From the NCBI GenBank assembly GCA_964016885.1, contig OZ024747.1, positions 48,980,001 to 49,044,000 on the forward strand: a stretch of 64,000 bases of DNA, written 5' to 3'. Below the pieces are notes generated by a model. That model ran no database searches. It worked only from the letters and a program-made list of their open reading frames with translations, and had not been told where the DNA came from. Both the position numbers and the translations under genes were made by a program. This document shows, one piece after another, positions 1 through 13,532 of this stretch; position 1 is the first letter of the stretch, and the number at the start of each line of letters is the position of its first letter. The DNA comes from Eledone cirrhosa (taxonomy: Eukaryota).

Positions 1-239
1 GAATTCCAACTTTGTCTGATTTACTCGTTTTATTTACAATCCTTTAAAATTATAATGATATTATAATGAAATAGTATGGTAGAATATTAAATGTTAAGTG
101 TTAATTGAACAAGTACTTTCATGCTTTCGCAATCTTCAGGTTCTATTGTGTGGTGACAGTCAAGTTTGCAATTTTCAACAATTGAAAATTGCAAACTTGA
201 GTGTCACCACAGAATATGAACCTGAGATTGCGAAAGCAT

Positions 240-480
240 GCAGATATCGGATAAGTAGCACTCTACAGTTTGTAGGACTGGAGTATAAATAATAATATAT
301 AAGATCAAAAGATGGTTAAAAGAGTTCCATGTATTTTATTATGCGCATTTCAAAAACAAATATCATCATGCAATAACATTTGCGTTTTCGTCAGATAAAA
401 TAGGGAGACATGATATGAAGGTTAAAAGACACTTGTGAATAGTGCAGTTTTAAATCAACATATGAAAGGTAGTTTTAGAT
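240..480 (-). mobile_element. Fragment of hammerhead-bearing non-autonomous repeat (Penelope-like family H1)
   Basis: Clear similarity (gataagtagcactc...ggagtata...gatggttaaaagagttcc...atgcgcatttc) to 51095-51272, 52260-52425 and 54949-55100. Confidence 0.65.
333..401 (-). ncRNA. Type I hammerhead ribozyme motif (long stem II family)
   Basis: Minus strand reads AUUUUAU-CUGACGA-AAACGCAAAUGUUAUUGCAUGAUGAUAUUUGUUUUU-GAAA-UGCGCA-UA-AUAAAAU. It has a 7-bp stem I, an intact core, a hairpin stem II, palindromic stem III AUGCGCAU and an AUA cleavage triplet. Confidence 0.8.
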
Positions 481-739
481 TGATGTGTGATGTTGGGAAA
501 AAAAAAAAATTGACGAGGGGGGGGGGTGGAAAGGATGAAAAAGAGGAGGAGATGAGAGTAAAAAGTGGAGGGGAGGAGTATAATGAGGAAGGAGGAGATA
601 GGAGGAGAGATGGGTGATAGAGAGAGAGAGAGAGATAGCTTTTATAACTGAGAAAAATATATTGTTTTACATAGAGAGGTTGAAAAACCGTTGGAAGATA
701 ATATATAAATTAAAAGAATTTGAAAATTAACAAAGAGAA

Positions 740-841
740 AAATTTTAGAATAATGTTAAATTAAGATTTGTCTATTTAAATATACAAACCTTAATTTAAC
801 ATTATTCTAAAATTTCAACAGCTCGGATCTAGCTGTTGAAA
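740..841. repeat. Two adjacent fold-back inverted repeats
   Basis: aaattttagaataatgttaaattaag...cttaatttaacattattctaaaattt (740-815), followed by tttcaacagct/agctgttgaaa (813-841). Confidence 0.8.
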
Positions 842-930
842 CAGCAGGAGCTCAGTATTACCCACTCTATTACCCCAAGTATCGAGTACTCTGGTGATTA
901 ATGGTCTAACTGGTTTTTACCGCTTCCATT
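813..930 (+). mobile_element. Short repeat family F copy (GAAAC...acccactcta...gagtac...), microsatellite-adjacent
   Basis: Similar to 5865-5960, 13530-13733 and 56467-56538. Confidence 0.55.
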
Positions 931-933
931 ATG

Positions 934-1020
<87 letters not shown>

Positions 1021-1132
1021 TTGAAAAAAAATGAAAACGAAATTTCATTTCTCACTCTTAGTATGGCACTTACTTAAATGTAAGTATGTATGTATACGTA
1101 CATACATATATGTATACAGACGTACAGTAGCA

Positions 1133-1182
<50 letters not shown>

Positions 1183-1351
1183 TATACATATATGCACACA
1201 GGTACACATACATATATGCACGCATCAGTTTAGCCGACGTTTATTATAACGCAGCTTTGTTCGTTTGTTTGTCAACAAACAGAACAGCCTGAATTTATGC
1301 CATACGGTGTTAAGGCAACCACGTCACCTTTTTGTTCAACACTGACACAGG

Positions 1352-1396
1352 AACGATGTACTAGTTTCAAGCTTGTTAGCTATCATCAGCACCGTT
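1352..1396 (-). ncRNA. Minimal type I hammerhead ribozyme motif
   Basis: AACGGUG-CUGAUGA-UAGCUAACAAGCUU-GAAAC-UA-GUA-CAUCGUU. Stem I is 7 bp, stem II is AGCU/AGCU, stem III is palindromic ACUAGU and the triplet is GUA. Position 10.1/11.1 is U.U (non-canonical). Confidence 0.8.
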
Positions 1397-1631
1397 TACC
1401 CATCTGCCAGATAGTTGAACGTTCGAAAGTATATACTTTCCTTATGAAAATTAACGGCTGAGCAGCCTAATTTGCATATTGAGTGAGTTAAATCGGTCAG
1501 GCATACCGAAAACGATAAGTTGAAAAAAAATGAAAACGAAATTTCATTTCTCACTCTTAGTATGGCACTTACTTAAATGTAAGTATGTATGTATACGTAC
1601 ATACAAATATGTATACAGACGTACAGTAGCA

Positions 1632-1721
<90 letters not shown>

Positions 1722-1890
1722 TATACATATATGCACACAGGTACACATACATATATGCACGCATCAGTTTAGCCGACGTTTATTATAACGCAGCTTTGTT
1801 CGTTTGTTTGTCAACAAACAGAACAGCCTGAATTTATGCCATACGGTGTTAGGGCAACCACGTCACCTTTTTGTTCAACACTGACACAGG

Positions 1891-1935
1891 AACGATGTAC
1901 TAGTTTCAAGCTTGTTAGCTATCATCAGCACCGTT
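1891..1935 (-). ncRNA. Minimal type I hammerhead ribozyme motif (second unit)
   Basis: Identical to 1352-1396, 539 bp away. Confidence 0.8.
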
Positions 1936-2170
1936 TACCCATCTGCCAGATAGTTGAACGTTCGAAAGTATATACTTTCCTTATGAAAATTAACGGCTGA
2001 GCAGCCTAATTTGCATATTGAGTGAGTTAAATCGGTCAGGCATACCGAAAACGATAAGTTGAAAAAAAATGAAAACGAAATTTCATTTCTCACTCTTAGT
2101 ATGGCACTTACTTAAATGTAAGTATGTATGTATACGTACATACATATATGTATACAGACGTACAGTAGCA

Positions 2171-2255
<85 letters not shown>

Positions 2256-2450
2256 GCACACAGGTACACATACATATATGCACGCATCAGTTTAGCCGAC
2301 GTTTATTATAACGCAGCTTTGTTCGTTTGTTTGTCAACAAACAGAACAGCCTGAATTTATGCCATACGGTGTTAAGGCAACCACGAACATGTCTGTATAT
2401 ATATATATGTATATATACGAACATGTCTGTATATATATATATGTATATAT

Positions 2451-2528
<78 letters not shown>

Positions 2529-2754
2529 ATATATACATATATATATATATACAGGTTATGTAACTGTTTTCAGGTTATGTAACTGTTATAGAAACACGTG
2601 TCAATAAATTCCTTTCAACTAAACTGTATCCATTCAAATCTTTCTATTTTTCTCCGGATTACTTTTGGAACTACAACTGGAACCGTCGAGCAAACTCTAC
2701 GTGAGCTGTCAATCTACTGTGTGTAATATTTATATTACAACACAACGGAAAATA

Positions 2755-2889
<135 letters not shown>

Positions 2890-3288
2890 GAAAGAGAGAA
2901 AGAGAGAGGGAGAGAGAGAGGTGGTAAAGGGAATAAAGATATGAGAAATTAATCAAATAATTTATCACTTTTGAAATTATGACGAAAGAAATGCAATAAA
3001 AAAATGACAGATAACTGTGGAAAGCTTAATTTGTGGAACTTGTGGTTGATAAATGACAGAATCAGGAACTATGAAAGTTTTCAGAATAAATACACAACAC
3101 TGCATTAGATAATAAATATAATGCCAAATATATCATTACTGCAATAACTCGACTGGTTTACCTCCCTCGTGTCAAACACTTTAATCTAGCTTCTCATTTC
3201 CATACATCATAACTCTCAGACGATATATTTCTACTATCAGATTTATTTACTGAAGTTAAATATTTTCCCTCTCTTTCTCTCCCTCTCT

Positions 3289-3352
<64 letters not shown>

Positions 3353-3517
3353 AAGGCCAGCAATTACCCAGTTCATTACTGGTACTTTATTTTATCGACC
3401 CCGTAAGGATGAAAGGCAAAGTCAACCTCGGCGGGATTTGAACTCAGATCGTAAAGGGACGTATCTATGCTGGAAAGCATGGCGTCCGACCCTCTACCGA
3501 TACTGCCAATCCACCGC

Positions 3518-3520
<3 letters not shown>
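3353..3520 (-). mobile_element. tRNA-derived SINE, family S1 (Deu/Nin-like core)
   Basis: Reverse complement has a GGCGGTGGATTGGCAG head, a B-box GAGTTCAAATCC and the core GCCTTTCATCCTTACGGGGTCGATAAA...AGTACCAG. Many copies occur in the window. Confidence 0.85.
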
Positions 3521-3585
<65 letters not shown>

Positions 3586-3598
3586 ATATTCATATATA

Positions 3599-3636
<38 letters not shown>

Positions 3637-3639
3637 ACT

Positions 3640-4110
3640 TAAAACGTAGTGGGATTACGAAGAAAGCAAGAACGGGGGTGGGGTTCCTCATCAGTTGTTT
3701 ACTGGGGGTCTCGGATATTTCTACGCTTTAAAGACAATATATCTCGCCCCAGGGCGTCAATCACTGGATAAGTTATTGGGAAAACGGAGGGAAGGAAAGC
3801 AAAGGGGAGGAAAAGAGAAAACAGTAAAAAAACAGCAAAAAAAACCCAACAAACCGAGCAACTTAAGGTAAGGAAATCCAAGACCACTCGATAAGAGAAC
3901 TTAAGTTCAAGACTGAGTGGTCGAGAGAAAAAAAGACACACGTCTGATCGCCGCAGTTGTACGTGAGAAGAGAACTGCTAAAGGGTCAGGCGAGGGGGTG
4001 AAAGGGAGAGGAGGAAAGTGGGGCAGGAGTAGATAGGGAGAAAGGGAGTGGAAGAAAGTGGGGTGAGAGTAGAAAGTAGCGAAATAGGTAGGTAGAAGGG
4101 GAGAGAAGAA
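3640..4110. mobile_element. Purine-rich repeat related to the element at 46463-47335
   Basis: Shared block cctcatcagttgtttact...tttc...cgctt followed by an A/G-rich body; starts at (TA)n. Confidence 0.4.
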
Positions 4111-4189
4111 TGGTCACAGCGAAAACATGATGAAATATCACCATCACCACCATCGCGTGCAGCTAAGATAGGCCAACATATGGACACCT

Positions 4190-4420
4190 CTCTACCTCAG
4201 TTTGTATGCCATGTATGTGACTGAATATGCCTGTCAAAGGCTGGTTATACAAGCAATCTACGTAAACATGCAGAAATGCCACCGGTCGAATATGACCAAT
4301 TCCTTGCAGTCAATTTGACATGTGGTACATGGATTTTGGAATGTAAAGGTACATGGATTCCGGACAAATAAAGCATACAAAAATACACAATGATGGTCCG
4401 GATCAAACCGAGGAGCTGAA
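4190..4420 (+). pseudogene. Decayed RTE-like LINE 3' C2H2 zinc-finger fragment
   Basis: Translates FVCHVCD*ICLSKAGYTSNLRKH, similar to CSVCARLCLSKAGLESHLCSH near 35490. Confidence 0.5.
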
Positions 4421-4953
4421 TGATAGAAGTTGCGAATTCCAATGCATGTTATGCAACAAAACATGATGGCCTCTAACAGATTTTATTAGCCAATGTACAA
4501 CTCACAACTACGATTGAGATATCTCATTTTTAAGTGATGAGCTTACACGACTAGTGAGTTGATGTCATGCATACGCATACATACACACATACATTGTGTA
4601 CGTTGATTTCATGCATGTACATACATACAAACATGCATGTGTACGTTGATGTCATACATACACATACATACATATAAATGTACGTATCAAGAGAAATAAA
4701 TAGAGGGATGGAAGTTATATTGAATATTTCCAATATTTACGTAACTCACTTAACCTTATCGATTTCCATTATGTCCCTAGGTTTATTATGGCGTTCTCAT
4801 TGTTCCCATCTAACCGGAGTCTCTCGTTACTCTTTCTTACATTCTACTCCAGCATTTTCTTTGATCACATATCAGTCAGACATCATGAATGTTGTATAGC
4901 ATTAAAAGTATATAGGTAGAAAGATAGAGAGAGAGAGATAGAGAGACAGAGAG

Positions 4954-5020
<67 letters not shown>

Positions 5021-5069
5021 GTGGATAAATAGATAAATAGAGAGAGTGGGGAAATGGATGGATAAATAG

Positions 5070-5113
<44 letters not shown>

Positions 5114-5153
5114 TGAGATGGGTTTATAAATAGATAGATATATTTCTTTATTT

Positions 5154-5184
<31 letters not shown>

Positions 5185-5259
5185 TATATATAGATATATA
5201 TAGATAGATAGATAGATATATAGATAGATAGATAGATAAATATATATATAGACAGATAG

Positions 5260-5328
<69 letters not shown>

Positions 5329-5864
5329 AGATGGATGGATGGATAAATAGAATGGATGGATAGGTAGATAAATAGAGAGAGAGAGAGGGGGGGCGGGGGG
5401 CGAGATGAACAGATAGATGGATGAATAAATAGATAGATAGAGAGCGAGTGGATGATATATAGATAGCATAGGAGAGTGGGAAAGATTAAAAGAATAAACC
5501 GACAGATACAAAGAGTGACAGAGAAAGAGACACTGAGTAAATGAACAAATCGTATATGTAACCCGTAAAAGTAAGCTTGACAACAACAGCAGCAGCAATA
5601 ACAGCAGCTGTATCAGTAACAGTAATAGCAGCACAACAGCAGCTGTGTCGGTAACAGTAATAGCAGCAACAAGAACGAGACAAACCGTTGGCCGTTCGTT
5701 CCACTTAAGATGTCGCCATGTTTTAGTTGCGCAGTAAAATCAATATTTTGACGAGCAGTTTCTGGTGTACACAAACACATACATACACACACACATATAT
5801 ACATAGTTGTAAGTATGCATACGTACACACACACACATACACACATATATATATATATAAATAT

Positions 5865-5957
5865 ATAGGAGTAAGTAAGACCCCCCACTCTACTACCCTA
5901 AGTATTGAGTACTTTGGTGCGTTATGGTCCACCTGGTTCCTTACCACTTTTCCCTCG

Positions 5958-5960
<3 letters not shown>
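5865..5960 (+). mobile_element. Family F copy with short 5' inversion
   Basis: Near-identical to the reverse complement of 13530-13607, with aggagtaagtaagacccc inverted at the 5' end; flanked by (TA)n. Confidence 0.7.
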
Positions 5961-6036
<76 letters not shown>

Positions 6037-6101
6037 TATATATATATATATATATATATGCGTATACATAAGTACGTATGGGTTATATCGAACATTAATA
6101 A

Positions 6102-6211
6102 TTGTTTCTACTTTTGGCACAAGGCCGGCAATTATACCAGTGTATTACTGGTACTTTATTTTATCGACCCCTTAAGGATGAAAGGCTGAGTTAACCACGG
6201 CGGGATTTGAA
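6102..6211 (-). mobile_element. 5'-truncated SINE S1 with apparent target-site duplication
   Basis: S1 3' half; atatcgaacattaataat on the left and atatcgaaattaataat on the right. Confidence 0.75.
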
Positions 6212-6323
6212 CATATCGAAATTAATAATAATAATCGCTTCGTTTGACAACAAACAGCCCGATTAATGCTGTGCCGTGCCGATGACAAATCGTCATCCGT
6301 TTGTTCAACACTGGCATTGAGAA

Positions 6324-6366
6324 ACAATCAGCATGTTTCTGGGTCATTACCCTTCATCAGGGCTAT
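6324..6366 (-). ncRNA. Degenerate hammerhead motif
   Basis: AUAGCC-CUGAUGA-AGGGUAAUGACCCA-GAAACAUGCU-GAUUGU. Stem II GGGU/ACCC is intact; the cleavage triplet and stem I are mutated. Confidence 0.55.
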
Positions 6367-6566
6367 ATACCTCTGCCAGTCTGTCGAACGGTTCAAAATA
6401 TATACTATTTTTTAAAGTATACATCGGCTGAGTAACCTCATTTGCATACCGAGCGAATTACGGCTGACCGTGTCGAAAACTGAAAATGAAATTAGAATTT
6501 TATTTCTCGCCCTAACATAGCTGATACATAGATTTAAGTATGCACACACACACGCACGCACACACA

Positions 6567-6644
<78 letters not shown>

Positions 6645-7643
6645 ATCAGAATATTTATATTTATATATGTTTGATACAACTATAAATATGGAGGGTAGTA
6701 CTAAGTACTAGCTGGTTACTGGTATGACAACAGGCTCAATGCGAATTTTCAAGTGTTTTACAGAGCCAAGATACAAAGTGTTATAACGATCAAATTATTA
6801 GTTTAGAACATTTATTTGCTGATAATTGTTTCTTCCAGAGAGAAGTCTGGTATCATCGGCGCATAGGGAATGTTGAAACATGTAACTAAAATCCTAGTCA
6901 TTTAGAACATTTAGGGTACATAATTGTTTTTAGTGTCAAAGGCATCATGTGGAGAGTCAGGAGTTAAAAAGATGTTCTGCTTGAAAGAACACAATTACAG
7001 GCAGCACTGGTTGAAAGTGTAGGAGGTATAAGTAAAAAGCACAAAAAAAAAAAAAAAAATGCAGGGAAAAAAGTTATAAGCATGGAAAATACAGTCAATA
7101 AGGCATGTATGAGGAAAGAGTTATAATGCAGTTGAAATAAACATATTTTGTGTGTGGTGTTAAATCATGTTATAATTGTTATAAATGTTAAAAATAGTGT
7201 GCTATTTGTTAGAGAGGCATGTGGTGATAATGCAGGTATTTGTTATGTTAGGTGTAATGCAAAGAACGTAATAGAGTTGGATATGTGATTTTTATTCAAG
7301 TGTTTTTGTGTTGTAGTTCGTATGTATGTGTGTGTTGTTTGTAACCCACAGCTATTAACCAAGGGATTATTTTGAGTCGTTTATAGTCAATAGGTGTTTG
7401 TTTGTTAAATGTAAATTCCACCGAATTACTGGCCATGTTGTTATTGTAGGTATATTATCTTATGCATTTTTTATCTACAAATTATCTTTTCTAGGGTTTG
7501 TATTAACCGTTATTAAGCTGTTGGTAAACCGTTATATGTGTGTGTGTATGTGTATGTAAAAGGTAAACAGAAATAACAACACAATCGGTACAGTATATGG
7601 AAGGGATATATTAGGTTAACGCTTGATATAGCAGGAAGAGGGT

Positions 7644-7680
7644 CTTAACGTTTCGGACGCTAGTCTGTCATCAGAAAAAA
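7644..7680 (-). ncRNA. Hammerhead-like core (Penelope-type), weak stem I
   Basis: CUGAUGA-CAGACUAGCGUCC-GAAACGUUA; stem II GAC/GUC, palindromic AACGUU. Confidence 0.5.
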
Positions 7681-8106
7681 GAATGAGAAATAAAATAGGT
7701 TGAGGGGACGGACGGGCGGGACATATACATATGTACGTATGGGTTGTATCGAATATTAATAATAATATTCGATTCGTTTGTAAACAAACGGCTCGATTAA
7801 TTGTATATATATATGTGTGTGTGTGCGTGTGTGTAACGGCTTTATATGTGTAGTATGTTTGTATGTGTTTATATCAATGTTTACGTGAGTGTAGTTGCTG
7901 GTGTATGTGTGTGTGTGTGTTTGAACAGCTATTGGCATGTGTGTGTTTATTTATGTGTATGTATACATGTACGTTTACGTAGCTGCTGGTATATGATGCG
8001 TGTGTTTACGTTTATGACAGTACACGTGTGTGTATGTATGTGTGTATAATAAGTGTGTGATGTGTTCGTAAATTTAGAGCTTAGGAATAGAGGGTATGTG
8101 TTTTAG

Positions 8107-8108
<2 letters not shown>

Positions 8109-8170
<62 letters not shown>

Positions 8171-8192
8171 CAGCAGCAGCAGTAGAAGCAGC

Positions 8193-8230
<38 letters not shown>

Positions 8231-8255
8231 CAGCAGCAGCAGCAGTAGAAGCAGC

Positions 8256-8311
<56 letters not shown>

Positions 8312-8327
8312 CAGCAGTAGAAGCAGC

Positions 8328-8395
<68 letters not shown>

Positions 8396-8420
8396 CAGCA
8401 GCAGCAGCAGCAGTAGAAGC

Positions 8421-8482
<62 letters not shown>

Positions 8483-8530
8483 CAGCAGCAGTAGTAGAAG
8501 CAGCAGTAGTTGTAGTAGTAGTAGCAACAA

Positions 8531-8584
<54 letters not shown>

Positions 8585-8636
8585 CGACAGCAGCAGTAGA
8601 AGCAGCAGTTGTTGTAGTAGTAGTAGTAGTAGTAGC

Positions 8637-8701
<65 letters not shown>

Positions 8702-8771
8702 CAGGAGCAGCAGCAGTAGTAGAAGCAGCAGTAGTTGTAGTAGTAGTAGCAGCAGCAGTAGTAGTAGTAGT

Positions 8772-8863
<92 letters not shown>

Positions 8864-9040
8864 CAGCAGCAGTAGCAGCAGCAGAAGAATAAGCAGCAGT
8901 AGTAGTAGTAGTAGCAGGAGTAGTAGCAGCAGCAGCAGCAGTAGAAGAAGCAGTAGTAGTAGTAGTAGTAGTAGCAGCAGTAGTAGTAGTAGTAGTAGTA
9001 GCAGCAACAGCAGTAGTTGTAGCAGTAGTAGTAGTAGTAG
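8109..9040. repeat. Compound (AGT)n/(AGC)n trinucleotide microsatellite
   Basis: Seen directly; explains the poly-Leu ORF. Confidence 0.97.
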
Positions 9041-9096
9041 AGTCACTGTTGTTATTGGTGGTGGTATTCTACAGGTACTTATTTAATGCAATCCCA

Positions 9097-9397
9097 CAGG
9101 GTTGGATTTAGACTTTGGAGGGCTCGGGACTCTTCAGGTTTTGGGGTCCCCTCATACACAGAAAAATTAGAACACCCCCCCCCCCCCCCCTCCACCCCCC
9201 AAAATTTACATATCAAGTAATTGGAACTGAAAAGATATACATACAGGTGTTAAATTCAAAAATTCTAAACATCCTGAAACTAAAAAGCCCAGCTAAGGGC
9301 ACAAATAAATTGCTACAACCGTCGCTAGTGGGACTCCTCACTGCAGGGAGCCCGGGGCAATTGCCCTATTTGCCCCTCCCCATTAAATCCGGCCCTG
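9097..9397. mobile_element. MITE, hAT-like
   Basis: Terminal inverted repeats CAGGGTTGGATTTA / TAAATCCGGCCCTG with subterminal gggctcggg/gggagcccggggc motifs. No TSD recognisable. Confidence 0.65.
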
Positions 9398-9640
9398 GAC
9401 GCCACCCGCCAACACAGACACATATGTACACACATACACACACACACTCACAGAACAGACTTGTGGTCAGGTTGTCTTTCTAAAATTGAGAGTGCTTCTT
9501 TGAAGAATAAGAGGGTAGGTGGTGCTACCTAGCGTCCCCTTACTCTTTAGCGACCCCTCCCACACTCACGTATTTGTTCTCATCTTTTCTTTGCAGTTCG
9601 TTTTAGAACATTAAAAAATATGAGAAAAAAAGTAAAGTAA

Positions 9641-9817
9641 TTGTTTCTACTTTTGGCACAAGGCCAGCAATTAACCAGTGTATTACTGGTACTTTATTTT
9701 ATCGACCCCGTAAGGATGAAAGGCAAAGTTAACCTCGGCGGGATTTGAACTCAGAATGGCAAGGGGCGTAACTCTATGTGTCAAAGCATGGCGTCCGACC
9801 CTCTACCGATACTGCCA
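9641..9817 (-). mobile_element. SINE S1
   Basis: Nearly full-length match to the other S1 copies. Confidence 0.85.
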
Positions 9818-9825
9818 GAAAACTC

Positions 9826-10101
9826 AAACATTGCTGAGGATTTCATATATGTATGGAGCCGAACATTGCCGAGTCTTTCATATATGTATGGAGCCGAACA
9901 TTGCCGAGTCTTTCATATATGTATGGAGCCGAACATTGCCGAGTCTTTCATATATGTATGGAGCCGAACATTGCCGAGTCTTTCATATATGTATGGAGCC
10001 GAACATTGCCGAGTCTTTCATATATGTATGGAGCCGAACATTGCCGAGTCTTTCATATATGTATGGAGCCGAACATTGCCGAGTCTTTCATATATGTATG
10101 G
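9826..10101. repeat. 35-bp minisatellite, ~8 copies
   Basis: Unit gaacattgccgagtctttcatatatgtatggagcc starts at 9861, 9896, 9931 and onward. Confidence 0.95.
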
Positions 10102-10224
10102 TTCCGTAAATCTGATGGGGTCGTATGGGCGCCGTCGTCCCACACAGCGTGTCTTCGTCATCTTTAAACTTGGCGGAGCCTATTCCTCTCCAGGTTTCAA
10201 TACAACCAATTTCCTCCAGTGAAG

Positions 10225-10324
<100 letters not shown>

Positions 10325-10350
10325 AAGTAAGAAAGAGATCGATATCAGTA

Positions 10351-10499
10351 TTGAACTGGTAATATTTTATCGACATTGAAAGTATGAGGGGCAAAGTTAA
10401 CTTCGGTGAGATTTGAACGCAGAGCGTAGAGCGTCAGAACGAATACCTCAAATAATTCTTTCCGACGTTGCTAACGACTCCGCCAACTCGCCACCTTCC
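10351..10499 (-). mobile_element. Diverged SINE S1-related copy
   Basis: ggcaaagttaacttcggtgagatttgaac and ccgccaactcgccacc. Confidence 0.6.
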
Positions 10500-10584
10500 T
10501 CATATATACGATGTTTGTGTGTGTGTATGTTTGTGTGTATGTGGGTGTATATATGTATGTGTATGTGTGTGTACAGTGAAAGAG

Positions 10585-10743
10585 ACCCCACACTTCCATA
10601 TTGTTTCCGTCTACCCAATTCCACTAAAAAAAAAAAAGAAACACAGATCAACTCGAAACTACAGTAGAATATGCTTGCCAAATATGCAATGTAGTGAGAT
10701 CTATCCAGGAACCACGTGGTTACGAAGCGAACTCTTTAACCAC
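10585..10743 (-). mobile_element. tRNA-derived SINE, family S2, whose head seeds the 95-bp array
   Basis: Reverse complement gtggttaaagagttcgcttcgtaaccacgtggttcc...ggcaagcatattctactgtag...ggtagacggaaac resembles, from recall, an abundant octopus SINE. Confidence 0.6.
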
Positions 10744-11827
10744 GTGGTTATATCTGGGGACTGATTACGTCAATAATTATCAAATTCCTGGAGTTACTAT
10801 AACGAACCACGTGGTTACGAAGCGAACTCTTTAACCACGTGGTTATATCTGGGAACTGATTACGTCAATAATTATCAAATTCCTGGAGTTACTATAACGA
10901 ACCACGTGGTTACGAAGCGAACTCTTTAACCACGTGGTTATATCTGGGGACTGATTACCTCAATAATTATCAAATTCCTGGAGTTACTATAACGAACCAC
11001 GTGGTTACGAAGCGAACTCTTTAACCACGTGGTTATATCTGGGGACTGATTACCTCAATAATTATCAAATTCCTGGAGTTACTATAACGAACCACGTGGT
11101 TACGAAGCGAACTCTTTAACCACGTGGTTATATCTGGGAACTGATTACGTCAATAATTATCAAATTCCTGGAGTTACTATAACGAACCACGTGGTTACGA
11201 AGCGAACTCTTTAACCACGTGGTTATATCTGGGGACTGATTACCTCAATAATTATCAAATTCCTGGAGTTACTATAACGAACCACGTGGTTACGAAGCGA
11301 ACTCTTTAACCACGTGGTTATATCTGGGAACTGATTACGTCAATAATTATCAAATTCCTGGAGTTACTATAACGAACCACGTGGTTACGAAGCGAACTCT
11401 TTAACCACGTGGTTATATCTGGGGACTGATTACCTCAATAATTATCAAATTCCTGGAGTTACTATAACGAACCACGTGGTTACGAAGCGAACTCTTTAAC
11501 CACGTGGTTATATCTGAGGAATGATTACCTCAATAATTATCAAATTCCTGGAGTTACTATAACGAACCACGTGGTTACGAAGCGAGCTCTTTAACCACGT
11601 GGTTATATCTGGGGACTGATTACCTCAATAATTATCAAATTCCTGGAGTTACTATAACGAACCACGTGGTTACGAAGCGAACTCTTTAACCACGTGGTTA
11701 TATCTGGGGACTGATTACGTCAATAATTATCAAATTCCTGGAGTTACTATAACGAACCACGTGGTTACGAAGCGAACTCTTTAACCACGTGGTTATATCT
11801 GGGCAATGATTACGTCAGTAATTATCA
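10709..11827. repeat. 95-bp tandem repeat, ~11.8 copies
   Basis: Units start at 10709, 10804, 10899 ... 11754. Each has two AACCACGTGGTT palindromes. Confidence 0.97.
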
Positions 11828-12271
11828 GCGCTCTAATTTCAATTCTTGCAACTTTACTTTTCCTCGTTAATAAATAAAGTACTAAGAGTGTGTGGGGGGG
11901 GGGGATACTTTCTCTAGTTCTTTCTTTCCTTTAGAAGGGTCCCAGTAATTCAACAGCCATGCAGATTCTGTCTTTATATAAGTCAATGGAATACTCAGCC
12001 ATTTAAACTACAAAATGAACTCTACCTGCAATTACAATTAAAAAACAAAAAAACCCAGCTAAATCACACAGTGTATCGATCTGGTTTTATCTGAGAATTA
12101 GGTCAAAAGCACATGTGACTATGAAATACCAAAACAACTCAGCCGATTACGTTATTTCCACGTATTCAGTTATTCGGAAAACTGATCGATCCTCGTCGAG
12201 ACCGATGGAGGAACAATCAGTAATGGAAGAAATACTTTCGAATAAATTCCTGTTTGTCAGTTATGGCAGCA

Positions 12272-13029
<758 letters not shown>

Positions 13030-13233
13030 ATATTTTTATTGTTTGACCCGAATTACTTGGTCGTTTTGTTTTGGCTGTGCGGATGATATGTTTAACCATC
13101 ATCCCAGTGTGTTTGGCCCTTAACGTATGTTGTAGCTCTGATTCATATGATTCATCGAGCGCTTGCCACACATATCAGACGTTGATTTTCGTTAATTCCT
13201 GAGCTGAAAACGATTCTCGCTAATTTATATTTG

Positions 13234-13266
<33 letters not shown>

Positions 13267-13291
13267 ATGTGTGTAGGTGAATATATATATG

Positions 13292-13322
<31 letters not shown>

Positions 13323-13468
13323 GGAGTGTAAAGGTATATATATCTATTAACTAAATTAAAGCATTCATGTCATAGTGTGAGATTAATTGGGAGTAATATT
13401 TAGTTGATTATCTAACATAAGACATCAATGTTAAAATAATATATATATATTATTATTATATATATATA

Positions 13469-13529
<61 letters not shown>

Positions 13530-13532
<3 letters not shown>

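Larger units (their letters stand above)
1016..2384 (-). mobile_element. Head-to-tail array of ~500-540 bp units, each complete unit carrying a hammerhead (retrozyme/pLTR-like, family H2)
   Basis: Near-identical units start at 1016, 1515 and 2054; the third is truncated near 2384. Unit length differs mainly in an internal (TA)n tract. Confidence 0.8.
6075..6545 (-). mobile_element. Diverged solo copy of family H2, interrupted by a SINE
   Basis: Collinear blocks shared with the 1016-2384 units (caacaaacag, ttgttcaacactg, tcatcag, ctgccag, cggctgag, atttgcata, cgaaaac). Confidence 0.7.

Noticed and set aside
1031-2311. Three repeated [19 protein letters not shown] ORFs resembling signal peptides
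   Set aside because: They lie in the tandem repeat and run into (TA)n whose length changes the frame between copies.
5690-5770. AAAACATGGCG (YY1/Kozak-like) on the minus strand
   Set aside because: The frame stops after four codons and there is no other promoter evidence.
6640-7000. Possible second GIY-YIG relic (GMTTG, RYK, FCLKE)
   Set aside because: Too degenerate to support by eye; needs a translated HMM search.
8081-9046. 321-aa poly-Leu ORF (poly-Ser on the + strand)
   Set aside because: Product of an (AGT)n/(AGC)n microsatellite; no unique coding flanks or splice context.
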